Source of the DNA: Candidatus Nanosynbacter lyticus
GTDB lineage: Bacteria; Patescibacteriota; Saccharimonadia; Saccharimonadales; Saccharimonadaceae
NCBI RefSeq assembly: GCF_000803625.1
Contig: NZ_CP007496.1
Span: 450,001-482,000, forward strand
Length of the DNA stretch: 32,000 nt
Reading direction: 5' to 3'
Shown here: in pieces, positions 16,458 to 25,910 of the stretch
Layout of the letters: each line of letters begins with the position of its first letter
Position numbering within the stretch: position 1 is the first letter of the stretch
Made by a program: the position numbers and the translations under genes
The notes under the pieces: model-generated
What the model was told of the DNA's origin: nothing
What the model saw: the letters and a program-made list of their open reading frames with translations, nothing else
Databases searched by the model: none

Positions 16458-19025
16458 CTAAGCTTGCACCGCACCGAGTTCGGCCGCCGCAGCAACAATC
16501 TCCTCGATTATCGGCGTGATGTCTTTGTCGGTCAGCGTACGCTCTAGGCTGGTAAACTTTATATTGAAAGTAATAGTTTTCGTCGAATTATCGTCCTCTG
16601 GCTGGTAAATTGAAATTGGCGTAATGACAATATGCAGCTCTTGGTGGCTATCTATAACATTCTTAACACGGTCATGCACCGACGCATAATTGACCTGAGC
16701 TGGCACTTTGAGCGAAATGTCACGGCTGGTCGATGGGTAACGACTGAGCGGTTGGTAATGACTACCTCGCTTGACATAAACGGCCTCTAATCCAGCTGTA
16801 TCCAGGCTCGCCGCCGCTACGTACGCTGGCAACTTGAAACTCTTGATGACAGACTGCTTCAGCTCACCAACCATACCGATAAACCGCCCGTCGGTTGTCT
16901 CGACTAGCGCACTGCGCGACTGGTCAAACGGTGCCGTGACTGGGAAATTACGTTCCTGTTCAATCGGCTTAAATACCAACTCGGTACCAAGATCATGCGC
17001 CAACTGTTCAACCAAGCGACGAATTTTGTAAAATGGCGCGCCCGTGCCTGGCTTTTTGGCGGCGTAAACGATGTCGGTGAACTGGCTGGCTTCTGGCAGG
17101 CCATCTTCATCCAAGCCATGCATTTTGATATGCCCCTTGCCCATTTCAAACAAGGCAAATTCATCATGGCCAGCCTTGATGTTGGCGTGAACTTTGTCGA
17201 GCAAACTTGGTAACACCGTCAAGCGGTAATATTGCAAATCAGGGCTGAGGGCGTTTGATAATTTATACGCCTGAGCAACGTCCTGCTCGGCGTTTTTCAG
17301 GATGCGTTCGTGAATGAAACTGTAGGTCAAGACTTCATTGACACCAGCACGTGACAGACTTTGGCGAACGGCGTTTTTTAGTTCGCGACGCAGGTTTTTC
17401 GGTGTTGATTTGATGCTGCGACGCGGCAATTGACGCGGTAGTTTATCAAAGCCATACAGACGGCCGACTTCTTCGACAATATCCTCTGGTAGCTCAAGAT
17501 CGGTACGCCAGAATGGCGCGATTACTTCAAATTGATAAGGTGTATTTGGCTCGGGTTCCTCATGTGCCTTAATTTCAACATTCTTCAGAATACGGCAGAT
17601 TTCCTGCGGCGAAAATTCTGTGCCCAAACGTTCATTCACAAAGGTACTTTCCAACACTAAAACGCCAGTCACTGCGCCCCAATCGAAAATCGAAATGGTT
17701 TCCTTGCCGGCAGAGCCAAATGTAACTCGCGAATCGTGCTGCACGACCATCAGGCGATCGTTGCGCTTGTCAAACACTTCACTCGCCTGCACGCCGCCAA
17801 CCATACTCATCAGCTGCTTCAACACGGCAGCATTTTGCAGCGGCGACTGACCCTTATTAAATCGCGTGAGTGCGTCGGTAAAAATACCGTGTCGCATAGC
17901 CGTGCGGCGCAGCGCATACATGTCAAAATTAGCACATTCGAGGACGATGTTTTTGGTCTCACCCGAAACCTCGGTGTCGGTACCGCCCATAATTCCCGCC
18001 AGGCCGATCACGCCCTCGCCATCAGCTATGACGATGTCGTCACTCGTCAACTCATATTCTTTGCCATTGAGCAAACTGACTTTCTCGCCATCACGAGCCA
18101 TCCGCGCCCCGAGTGTAGACCCGCGCAATTTGTTATAATCATAGGCGTGCGTCGGTTGCGCCGTCATCAGCATGATGTAATTTGTGGCGTCAACGATGTT
18201 GTTGATCGGCTTGCCGCCCATTACCACCAGCTGGCATTGCAGCCACAGCGGACTGGGCTTGACCTCGATATCTTTAATCGCTACCGCCATGAAGCGCGGC
18301 ACTAATTCTGGCACGTCGTTCGTTACTGTTAGCTCCAAACCCTCAGCACCAGTAAATTGTTGCTCTGATTTATACCACTCAGGACTGACAAACTGCTGAT
18401 GAAAAATCCCAGCAATCTCGCGTGCCACGCCGAGCTGCCCGAAACAATCCGGACGGTGCGTAAACATTTTATTTTCAATGTCCAGTACGTAATCGTCCAG
18501 CCCAAACGTTTCCGCGAAACCAGCACCCGCCGTTAGCTCAACGCCCGCCGGCACGTCGCGTTCATGAATCTCAATAATTCCCTCGTGATCCGTACCAATC
18601 GCCAACTCATCAGCCGCCGCCAACATGCCCTGGCTGAGCACACCACGCAGCGGCCGCGCATCCAGTACAAACGGCTCGTCGTTATCAAAACTCGCCGGCA
18701 CCGTGCTTTTTGGCGGTAGCCAAATCGCCCACATATCCGCATGCACATTCGGCGCGCCGCAGACCACCTGCACTAGACCATTGTCATCACGCGGCACATC
18801 GGCGACCGCACCGCCATCATCGATCTTGGTCACACTCAGCCGATCAGCGTCAGGATGCTTGACACATTCAACCACCCGAACGATTCGTGCACCACCATAT
18901 TTGGCTTTCAGGTCGATCACTTCTTCGACGCCACCAAGCTGCTGATTGACCCGCGCCACCAACTCGTCCACTGGCGGCAATTCAAAATTAATCAATTGTT
19001 TGATAAGATTTAGGCTGACTTTCAT
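16458..19025 (-). CDS. pheT: Phenylalanine--tRNA ligase beta subunit
   Basis: 855 aa; EMAP/tRNA-binding-like N-terminus (VVECVKHPDADRLSVTKID), B3/B4 and B5 regions, C-terminal anticodon-binding domain (PLSRYPSTSRDISLKVP...). Confidence 0.95.
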   Translation of the reverse strand: MKVSLNLIKQLINFELPPVDELVARVNQQLGGVEEVIDLKAKYGGARIVRVVECVKHPDADRLSVTKIDDGGAVADVPRDDNGLVQVVCGAPNVHADMWAIWLPPKSTVPASFDNDEPFVLDARPLRGVLSQGMLAAADELAIGTDHEGIIEIHERDVPAGVELTAGAGFAETFGLDDYVLDIENKMFTHRPDCFGQLGVAREIAGIFHQQFVSPEWYKSEQQFTGAEGLELTVTNDVPELVPRFMAVAIKDIEVKPSPLWLQCQLVVMGGKPINNIVDATNYIMLMTAQPTHAYDYNKLRGSTLGARMARDGEKVSLLNGKEYELTSDDIVIADGEGVIGLAGIMGGTDTEVSGETKNIVLECANFDMYALRRTAMRHGIFTDALTRFNKGQSPLQNAAVLKQLMSMVGGVQASEVFDKRNDRLMVVQHDSRVTFGSAGKETISIFDWGAVTGVLVLESTFVNERLGTEFSPQEICRILKNVEIKAHEEPEPNTPYQFEVIAPFWRTDLELPEDIVEEVGRLYGFDKLPRQLPRRSIKSTPKNLRRELKNAVRQSLSRAGVNEVLTYSFIHERILKNAEQDVAQAYKLSNALSPDLQYYRLTVLPSLLDKVHANIKAGHDEFALFEMGKGHIKMHGLDEDGLPEASQFTDIVYAAKKPGTGAPFYKIRRLVEQLAHDLGTELVFKPIEQERNFPVTAPFDQSRSALVETTDGRFIGMVGELKQSVIKSFKLPAYVAAASLDTAGLEAVYVKRGSHYQPLSRYPSTSRDISLKVPAQVNYASVHDRVKNVIDSHQELHIVITPISIYQPEDDNSTKTITFNIKFTSLERTLTDKDITPIIEEIVAAAAELGAVQA

Positions 19026-19163
19026 ACTAGTTACTAGTATACCATCTTATCTATAACTATTCGACTTTTGTAAAGCCAAGCCGCAGGTCGGTAATTATTG
19101 GAAATATTCTTTTGCTTTATATTTGGCAATGATATCCTGCTGTTCGGGCGTAAATCGCCGTGA

Positions 19164-19817
19164 TTAGCGCATTTTTTGATAAGCTTTTTTACGCGTCCAA
19201 GTGTCAATATGTCCGTTTTCTAGTTCAGCCAGCGTCAGCTCAAAAAACTGCACCGCCGCCGTAGCGTACAGCCAAGCCAACGCCATTTTGACATAGTAGC
19301 CGTCGTGGGTGATATTTCGCAGTGCGGCAAAAACTTGATCAACATGCAATTCATCCAAAAAATTAGTCATCAAAGAAACCACACCGTAGCGTACCGTCAA
19401 TTCAGCTTCGCTTTGCAAATATTTCAGCGCAAAATCCCACCACGACTCACCAGCAAACCGCCGCTTTTTATCGACAAACACATCAATGTGTGCCCATGAA
19501 TCAACGCGTGGTAAATATTGCTTGGTCAAATCAATCGCCGTCTGATCATCGAGCCGAGCGTGCGTAATCAGCAATCCACACAGCAGCACGTAGTCGAAAG
19601 ATTGGTTCTTCTCTGCTAGCAAATTGCGAATATCCGCTGCACTCATATCAGGCACCAGCTCCCTCGCCAGCCGCCGCAAATCCGGCACCCGCACACCAAC
19701 GACAGGCATATCGGTATTGACGATACGCTTATTAAAGGCGGCATACGTCTCGTTACCCTCAGCGAGCTCCGCCAACTTCATTACAATATCATCATGCATA
19801 TTGCCGCTAGCTTTCAT
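19164..19817 (-). CDS. AlkD-like DNA alkylation repair protein, apparently C-terminally truncated by an in-frame TAA
   Basis: GVRVPDLRRLARELV, VDSWAHIDVFVDK, DGYYVKMALAWLYATAAVQ, DTWTRKKAYQKMR*. The frame continues after the stop with SRRFTPEQQDIIAKYKAKEYFQ* (19095..19163). Confidence 0.85.
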   Translation of the reverse strand: MKASGNMHDDIVMKLAELAEGNETYAAFNKRIVNTDMPVVGVRVPDLRRLARELVPDMSAADIRNLLAEKNQSFDYVLLCGLLITHARLDDQTAIDLTKQYLPRVDSWAHIDVFVDKKRRFAGESWWDFALKYLQSEAELTVRYGVVSLMTNFLDELHVDQVFAALRNITHDGYYVKMALAWLYATAAVQFFELTLAELENGHIDTWTRKKAYQKMR

Positions 19818-20148
19818 GATCAAACTCGATCCCTAAAACTCCGTATCGTTCCTGGTCTGCTGCAGAATAGAACTCGTTAATCTGATTTTCCAGCCATTCA
19901 ACACTTTCACCGCCAAACTTAAGCAGGTCATTATGAGAAAACAGATCATGAAACGTCGCGTAACGCAGCAACCCAACCACCGTCGCAGTCATGGTTTGCT
20001 CGGGGTTCGTGCGGTTAATAAACATAATCTGATCGCCAAGCTGAATCTTCTGACGCTTCTCGTCATATAGCCGCGACTCGATAGTTTTCTGACCGGAAAC
20101 AATGGCAGCAAATGGCTCAGAGTGAAGCTTAAGTCTATGTGTAGTCAT
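19807..20148 (-). CDS. ASCH-domain protein
   Basis: 113 aa; HRLKLHSEPFAAIVSGQKTIESRLYDEKRQKIQLGDQIMFINR, typical ASCH/PUA-like N-terminal motif (GxKxxExR). Confidence 0.8.
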   Translation of the reverse strand: MTTHRLKLHSEPFAAIVSGQKTIESRLYDEKRQKIQLGDQIMFINRTNPEQTMTATVVGLLRYATFHDLFSHNDLLKFGGESVEWLENQINEFYSAADQERYGVLGIEFDHES

Positions 20149-20166
20149 GCCGATATTATAGCAGCA

Positions 20167-20796
20167 TCACACCTTCAGCTTCTTATCCTTCAATGTCAGC
20201 ACCACGTCCGCTTGCTTAGCCAGCTGTTTACTGTGAGTGACGACGATGACGCACTTGTCGTTTTCGTGGGCGGCCTGACGCAGGATGTCGATGATGTCGG
20301 CAGCGGTGGTTTCGTCCAGGTTGCCAGTCGGCTCGTCTGCCAAGATAATCGGTGCGGAGGATACCAGCGCTCGACCGATCGCCACACGCTGTTGCTGGCC
20401 GCCGGAAAGTTTCATGACGTTGCGGTGAATGTGATCGTCGTCCAAGCCCATGGAGTGCAACGTTTCGTTGGTGGCCTTGGAATTAACCAATTTCAAGTTT
20501 TCCAGCGGCGTCAGATAATCGATCAGATTATAATTCTGAAACACCAGCGAGATATTGTGCTTGCGATGATGCGAATAACCCTGCTCGGCGATGTCTTCAT
20601 CGTCGAACAAAATCTGCCCGCCGGTCGGTGTGTCCAGCCCCGCCAGCAGCCCCAGCAGTGTCGATTTACCAGCACCAGAACTACCGACGATGGCGTAGAA
20701 TTTGCCTTTTTCAAATTGATAATTGATGCCGTTGAGCACATTGCTCGTACCGTCGGCGTATGAATAAATAATATCGCGTAACGTAAGTAATGACAT
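20167..20796 (-). CDS. ABC transporter ATP-binding protein (MacB/LolD-like)
   Basis: 209 aa; Walker [12 protein letters not shown], signature [15 protein letters not shown], Walker [13 protein letters not shown]. Confidence 0.96.
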   Translation of the reverse strand: MSLLTLRDIIYSYADGTSNVLNGINYQFEKGKFYAIVGSSGAGKSTLLGLLAGLDTPTGGQILFDDEDIAEQGYSHHRKHNISLVFQNYNLIDYLTPLENLKLVNSKATNETLHSMGLDDDHIHRNVMKLSGGQQQRVAIGRALVSSAPIILADEPTGNLDETTAADIIDILRQAAHENDKCVIVVTHSKQLAKQADVVLTLKDKKLKV

Positions 20797-20804
20797 GATA
20801 ACTC

Positions 20805-22046
20805 CTAACTTAATTTTGCTAAAATTTGCTTTGGTGATTGGCGCATGATTGGCGCGGTAGCAGCGATGGCTGACAACAGAACGACCACGTAGCCGAAGGC
20901 GAAAGCTTGCAAGTAGGTCGCTATTGGCGCGGCTTGCACCACGGTTTTTTCTATGCGCTGGCTTTGGTCGGTTTGCGCTGTGAGGGCGGTAGAAATCTGT
21001 GACGAGGCGACCGAACCGACACCGAGCGCGAACACCGAACTAACTGCGGCGATGATAGCGAGTTCCGCCAAGAACTGCCCGATGATCTGCCGCTTCGATG
21101 TGCCGATAGACAGCAAGATGCCAATTTCATGCAAGCGGCCGCGCACCCAGAACACCAGCACCAGCGACAGCACCGCCAACCCTGCCGCGGCTGCGCCGAT
21201 GGTGGCAATCGTCAAGATGTTTTGAATGCCAGCGATGTTTTGGAGAACCCCAGCGAATGCCGCCCCATTGTCAGTCAGACTGAATTTTTTCCAATCGATG
21301 TTTGGTAGGCTTTTGGTACGGTCCGTTAACGACTTCAACTGATGCGGATGTTCGGCAAAATATGTTGCTCGTGTCAGTTGCTTGCTCCCCGTTAGCAGCT
21401 GCGCTGCAGCCAAGTTGGTGATGAGATGATTCTCCGCCATGTCGGACTGCAAGACCGCTGGCTTTTCGCCTTTGCCGCTGAAGATGCCCATGACAGTCAC
21501 CGTCACCCGCCGGCCGTCTTTGGTAATGTCCAGCTTGTCGCCTGGCTTGATGTCATTTTTCTCAGCAAACGTTTTGTGAACCAGCGCCGCGTTTTGATCG
21601 TTCGCCCCCAGATGCTTACCCTGCTCTAGTTGGTAAAATCGACCGGTGAATTCGCCGAGCAAATTGCTCTGTGTCGCTCCCGTAACTTTTGCTTCGCCAG
21701 CCACATTAGCGTCCAGCTGCACGCCGCTGCCTGCCGTGTCGATCAATTGTTTGCCTGGCAGTCCCGCGGTAGTTTCTGATTGGAAATTATGCGCTTTGAC
21801 CTTGTCCAGGAGCTGCACCCGCTGCGCGATGTCCATCGGCACCTCGCCCGATGGCTGCTTGCTGGCGATACTAAAGCCGGCGCGGATGTTTCGCTCGACT
21901 GATTGCTTCAGCTGCGCCATCGTTTGTTGCACTGTCAGCGTACCGATCAGCAGCGTGAAAATCAGCGTCATGATCAGGGCGATGGTCAGGCTGCGACGCC
22001 GTTTGCGCGTCACAGCCGTCCAGGCTCGTTTGATAATCGTCATCAT
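20805..22046 (-). CDS. ABC transporter permease, FtsX/MacB-like
   Basis: 413 aa; N-terminal TM, large extracytoplasmic region, three C-terminal TMs with GILLSIGTSKRQIIGQFLAELAIIA. Confidence 0.9.
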   Translation of the reverse strand: MMTIIKRAWTAVTRKRRRSLTIALIMTLIFTLLIGTLTVQQTMAQLKQSVERNIRAGFSIASKQPSGEVPMDIAQRVQLLDKVKAHNFQSETTAGLPGKQLIDTAGSGVQLDANVAGEAKVTGATQSNLLGEFTGRFYQLEQGKHLGANDQNAALVHKTFAEKNDIKPGDKLDITKDGRRVTVTVMGIFSGKGEKPAVLQSDMAENHLITNLAAAQLLTGSKQLTRATYFAEHPHQLKSLTDRTKSLPNIDWKKFSLTDNGAAFAGVLQNIAGIQNILTIATIGAAAAGLAVLSLVLVFWVRGRLHEIGILLSIGTSKRQIIGQFLAELAIIAAVSSVFALGVGSVASSQISTALTAQTDQSQRIEKTVVQAAPIATYLQAFAFGYVVVLLSAIAATAPIMRQSPKQILAKLS

Positions 22047-22052
22047 TCGCCC

Positions 22053-23435
22053 CTAGTCCACTTCAGTTAGTAATTCTTTTGGCGTTGACTGGGTAATCGG
22101 TCGAGAGGCCAGGAGCACCGCGATGATAATCACCGCTAGCCCAGCACTCCACACCGCCAACAGATCCGTCGGTTGTACGCCAACCGTCACCTTATCCAGC
22201 GTGCGCGATGACGTCACCGAGTCAGCATCAGCACCGAGCGACGCACCGTTCAGCGAACTACTAGCCTGACGTGTGGCATTCTGCGCCGCCTGCGACACCA
22301 CGTGATCGCCCATTTGTTGCGCAATCAGCCCTGCGGTAAAGTACGATGCACCGAAGCTCAACACCGCGATCATCACCAGCTCAGCGATGTATTGCAACAC
22401 AATCTTTGACTGCGGCACGCCCGTCGCCAAGAGCACGCCCGCTTCGCGCTTGCGCTCGTTCATCCACAAGTACAGCACCATGCCGATCACCGCGACGCTG
22501 ACCAGCGCCGTTGCCCACAACATACCGTCGATCAAGCCGTACACGCCGTTCACTGCACCAGTCACGCCAGCCAGCTCCTGGCTATTCTTATTCAATTGAT
22601 ACTTTTGCCAATTGACCGACAGTTTATTTGCCCGCGCCATCACCTCATCTAACTGTTTGGTGCCCTTGGTAAAGAACGTAGCGTCCTGGTAAATCTCATT
22701 TTGTTCAGTGTACGCATTCAACTGGCGAGTCGTCGTGAGGTCAGTCAGGAACAAATTCTCGAACAGCTCCACCTGGTACGTCGCCTGCTTTGGGTTTTTA
22801 CCGTTAAATATACCGACGATTTCTACCTCGACCTCGTCCTTGGATGGATGTTCATTGTCGGTGTCGTATTGGTTGGCCTTCAGCTTAATTTTACTGCCCA
22901 GCTTCAGATTGTTGGCCTTGGCAAAGTCTTCGTGCACCAAAATCTTGTGCGAATCGTTCTCGGTGATGTGCCGACCAGCGATGAGCTTGAGCGACTCAGC
23001 ACGGAACTTTTTCTCGGACTCAGATTTATTGACACCGATGATGGTAGCGGCGTTGCCAAACTGCTTGTCTTTCTCGGCATCATAACCGCTGCCACCACTC
23101 GGTAGTGGCACCAGTTTGGTATTGATAAAATCGACCGTAGCGTTCTGGCGCTTGACATAGTCTGTCACGCCCTCCAGATTCTTCACCGCGTCGATATCCT
23201 TGTTCGACACCGTTCCCGAGCCGCGGGCCGTTCCCGGATTGGTGCGCGGATTATTGCCCAGTGTGAAGCCGGCCTTGAGCGTTTTATCCAGCGACTGCGC
23301 CGCCGCGTCGGTCGAATGCTTGATGGCAAATCCACTCAGCATAATCGTCGACATACACAGCAAAATCGCCAGCAAAATCAGCGTTTTGAGTTTTTTCCTG
23401 GTGATATATAACCAGGCACGTTGTATAAATGACAT
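22053..23435 (-). CDS. ABC transporter permease, FtsX/MacB-like (paralogue of preceding permease)
   Basis: 460 aa; same architecture and ...REAGVLLATGVPQSKIVLQYIAELVMIA. Preceded by AAAGGAG. Confidence 0.9.
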   Translation of the reverse strand: MSFIQRAWLYITRKKLKTLILLAILLCMSTIMLSGFAIKHSTDAAAQSLDKTLKAGFTLGNNPRTNPGTARGSGTVSNKDIDAVKNLEGVTDYVKRQNATVDFINTKLVPLPSGGSGYDAEKDKQFGNAATIIGVNKSESEKKFRAESLKLIAGRHITENDSHKILVHEDFAKANNLKLGSKIKLKANQYDTDNEHPSKDEVEVEIVGIFNGKNPKQATYQVELFENLFLTDLTTTRQLNAYTEQNEIYQDATFFTKGTKQLDEVMARANKLSVNWQKYQLNKNSQELAGVTGAVNGVYGLIDGMLWATALVSVAVIGMVLYLWMNERKREAGVLLATGVPQSKIVLQYIAELVMIAVLSFGASYFTAGLIAQQMGDHVVSQAAQNATRQASSSLNGASLGADADSVTSSRTLDKVTVGVQPTDLLAVWSAGLAVIIIAVLLASRPITQSTPKELLTEVD

Positions 23436-23563
23436 AGATCTCCTTTCTTGGTTCTATGCCAGTGTAGCAGGGGTGTGTGAAGGGAATGTGAAATGGAGAT
23501 CTGTCTAACTCTGGGTAATTCTACTAACTCTAGAAAACGGTTATCATCATCTTAATATAGAGG

Positions 23564-25762
23564 CTATGAAGAGATTTTTTTAACTCTCCGATATAAATTA
23601 ATCAATTCATTGATATCCATATCAACAAGAGGTTCATACATAAAAGCATTAAGGTGTATATTTTCTGGGGTCATAATATTTACCTCATCAATCACTTTCA
23701 CAGTATCGTTACTGCACTTAGTCTGTTTAAATGCATCAGAGAGGCTCCTCGTTTGATTTTTCTGAGCCTCCAATTGATCAAGAAATTCTTGTGAAGAGCC
23801 GCTTTCTGACCCTTCACGACCCCAAGATATTTGACCGCTATATTCTTTTAACTTACGCTTCATATATTCTTCCGCTCTATGTCTAATTGCAATAGCCAGA
23901 ATGATTTTATATTCAAGTAAGGATTTTTCGATGGTTATTGTTTCAGCTTCTGTGTAAATTGCGTCGACTATTGGAGTGTCTGTATTGATATTTATAAAAT
24001 CACTCCTACCTAAGTGTCTCTCGTAGATGTCTTTAAGTGACTGAAATGTTATGTCAGATGTTTCTTCTTTATTATGTAACAATTTAGTTAACTCACCGTA
24101 ATCTGCATCGTCTTTCCCTTTAGTATATTCAATTAGATTGCGCACTGCGGGAATAAGCGCAATTACATGAGCGAGCGTCATATTGTCCTTCCAGTGGTCA
24201 ATTGGATTTCTCTGATAAAATTCTTTTCTCAATATAACCTCGCCATTGTTCAGCTCTGCGTGCAAATGAGCGTATCTAGGTAAGCCAAGTCGACTAGTAA
24301 TCGTTCTATAGAAATCAAAATTATGCGACAAGATAATGAGCTTAAAATTTTTGCAATTTGCCATTTCATATAAATATTCAACAATTGCATACTTATTTTT
24401 ATAGTCAAAAGAATCAGCAATATCATCAACTACTAGTAAAACTTCTTTGTCTGTTCCTGCTAAATCTTTCTTCATTTTCTCAATATCAAAAATAATATTT
24501 AGCAGATATAAGGATCTCTTCTCTCCTTGGCTTAGAGTGTCCTTGATTTCAAGCTCTCCTCTACTGATAGTTTGCTGCCGACCATCTCTAGTAAATACAA
24601 ACTCTACCTGTGGAATATTCTCACCCATAATAGCACTTGTTCCGTTGGCAATTTTCATTTTATACGGCACCGTAAATCGTTCTTCAAAAATTCTTAGCGC
24701 TTCTCCCCAGCGTGTCTTTTCTGGATCTATGCCACCAATCTCATGCCGAAGACTATTCCACTTATCTTTAAGGTTGCTAAACGTGGTATTATCTTTCATA
24801 TAAGATAGCCATAATTGCCTACGTAGATCTTTAAGCTTAGACTCCTTTAGATACTGCACTACATCAGGGTTATTCTCTATAACTCTTCTTAGTACACCAC
24901 CTTTAGCTGTTTTCAAATCTTTCTCTATATCAGTAAAGGCCTTGCTTTGCTTAATCTCTTGTTCAATTCCCTTTACTACATCACTAAAATCTTCAGTTGT
25001 ACGTATTTCTTCCTCGCCAAAAAGTTTTACAAGATTATCGTTTACGAAAAATCCATTATCTTTCAGTGATTTCTCGACATTTTTAAGTTCAGACAGACTA
25101 AAAATACCCTTCTTTAAAAAACCATGTCGTTCATAAATCTCATTACTAGTTTTACAGAATTCTTCAATATTTTCTTGAAACCCTTTTTTCTTAATATATC
25201 CCAGTGTAGTATTATCAAAAATATCCGAATATTTAATTTCCGAAAAATCAATTCCTATACGTCCCTGTATAAGTTCCAACCCCAGTAAGATACTGCCATC
25301 CAGATCAAAATCTTTTACGATCTTTGGCTCTAGCTCACGTACATTCACGCCTTGTATAACTTTTTTAATTTTAAGACCAGAAGCTTTTTCTAAATCTTTC
25401 AATAAGTCGCTTTTTAGCTTGATAACATCTGATATCTTTTCCTTTATAGATTCATCTACCAATAGATCGGCAAGATTACCTGACTGATAAGAGGCCTCAA
25501 AGCTTTTTATCACGAAAACATCTTCTTCTGAAATATCTTTTCCATCGATGGTTATTTTTGCTTCTCCTGGGATATCAAAAATCTCATCTCTAATTTCTTT
25601 TTGCTTTTTATCTTGTATCTTTTTGAAAGTCTTAGCAAATGATGTTTTCATTAAGCCATTTTTCGCATAAATGGCAATTACACTAGTGTCAGAGAAAGTA
25701 AATTCACTTTCCAACTTTTGAATCCCGTAGCAATTAACTAAATCACATTTTATTTTTTCCAT
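23564..25762 (-). CDS. ABC/SMC-superfamily AAA ATPase with variant Walker A; candidate stand-alone defence protein
   Basis: 732 aa; AIYAKNGLMKTSFAKTF (Walker A variant), LSQGEKRSLYLLNIIFDIE (ABC signature-like), EVLLVVDDIADSFDYKNK (Walker B), KLIILSHNFDFYRTI (H-loop), long helical C-terminal region. Much more AT-rich than flanking genes by eye. Confidence 0.82.
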   Translation of the reverse strand: MEKIKCDLVNCYGIQKLESEFTFSDTSVIAIYAKNGLMKTSFAKTFKKIQDKKQKEIRDEIFDIPGEAKITIDGKDISEEDVFVIKSFEASYQSGNLADLLVDESIKEKISDVIKLKSDLLKDLEKASGLKIKKVIQGVNVRELEPKIVKDFDLDGSILLGLELIQGRIGIDFSEIKYSDIFDNTTLGYIKKKGFQENIEEFCKTSNEIYERHGFLKKGIFSLSELKNVEKSLKDNGFFVNDNLVKLFGEEEIRTTEDFSDVVKGIEQEIKQSKAFTDIEKDLKTAKGGVLRRVIENNPDVVQYLKESKLKDLRRQLWLSYMKDNTTFSNLKDKWNSLRHEIGGIDPEKTRWGEALRIFEERFTVPYKMKIANGTSAIMGENIPQVEFVFTRDGRQQTISRGELEIKDTLSQGEKRSLYLLNIIFDIEKMKKDLAGTDKEVLLVVDDIADSFDYKNKYAIVEYLYEMANCKNFKLIILSHNFDFYRTITSRLGLPRYAHLHAELNNGEVILRKEFYQRNPIDHWKDNMTLAHVIALIPAVRNLIEYTKGKDDADYGELTKLLHNKEETSDITFQSLKDIYERHLGRSDFININTDTPIVDAIYTEAETITIEKSLLEYKIILAIAIRHRAEEYMKRKLKEYSGQISWGREGSESGSSQEFLDQLEAQKNQTRSLSDAFKQTKCSNDTVKVIDEVNIMTPENIHLNAFMYEPLVDMDINELINLYRRVKKISS

Positions 25763-25910
25763 TTTATCCCCTCATTTTATATCTTACTTCACTTTCTTGT
25801 TTTCTTTAATAAGATTCGTGGGGCAAGCCATATTTTCTTTTCCAAACTACTAACATAAAGCAAACCCCGATAATCTATACCTCATTATAACCGCCAATCC
25901 ATTGTCGCCA

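Noticed and set aside
17736-18305. 189-aa plus-strand ORF within pheT
   Set aside because: Antisense shadow of pheT; low-complexity His/Arg-rich composition.
20122-20763. 213-aa plus-strand ORF antisense to the ABC ATPase gene
   Set aside because: Lies entirely opposite a confidently identified ATPase CDS; a shadow ORF with no recognisable domain.
21646-23105. Several plus-strand ORFs (21646..22056, 22387..22599, 22701..23105, 22708..23085)
   Set aside because: Antisense to the two FtsX-like permeases; no RBS or domain support.
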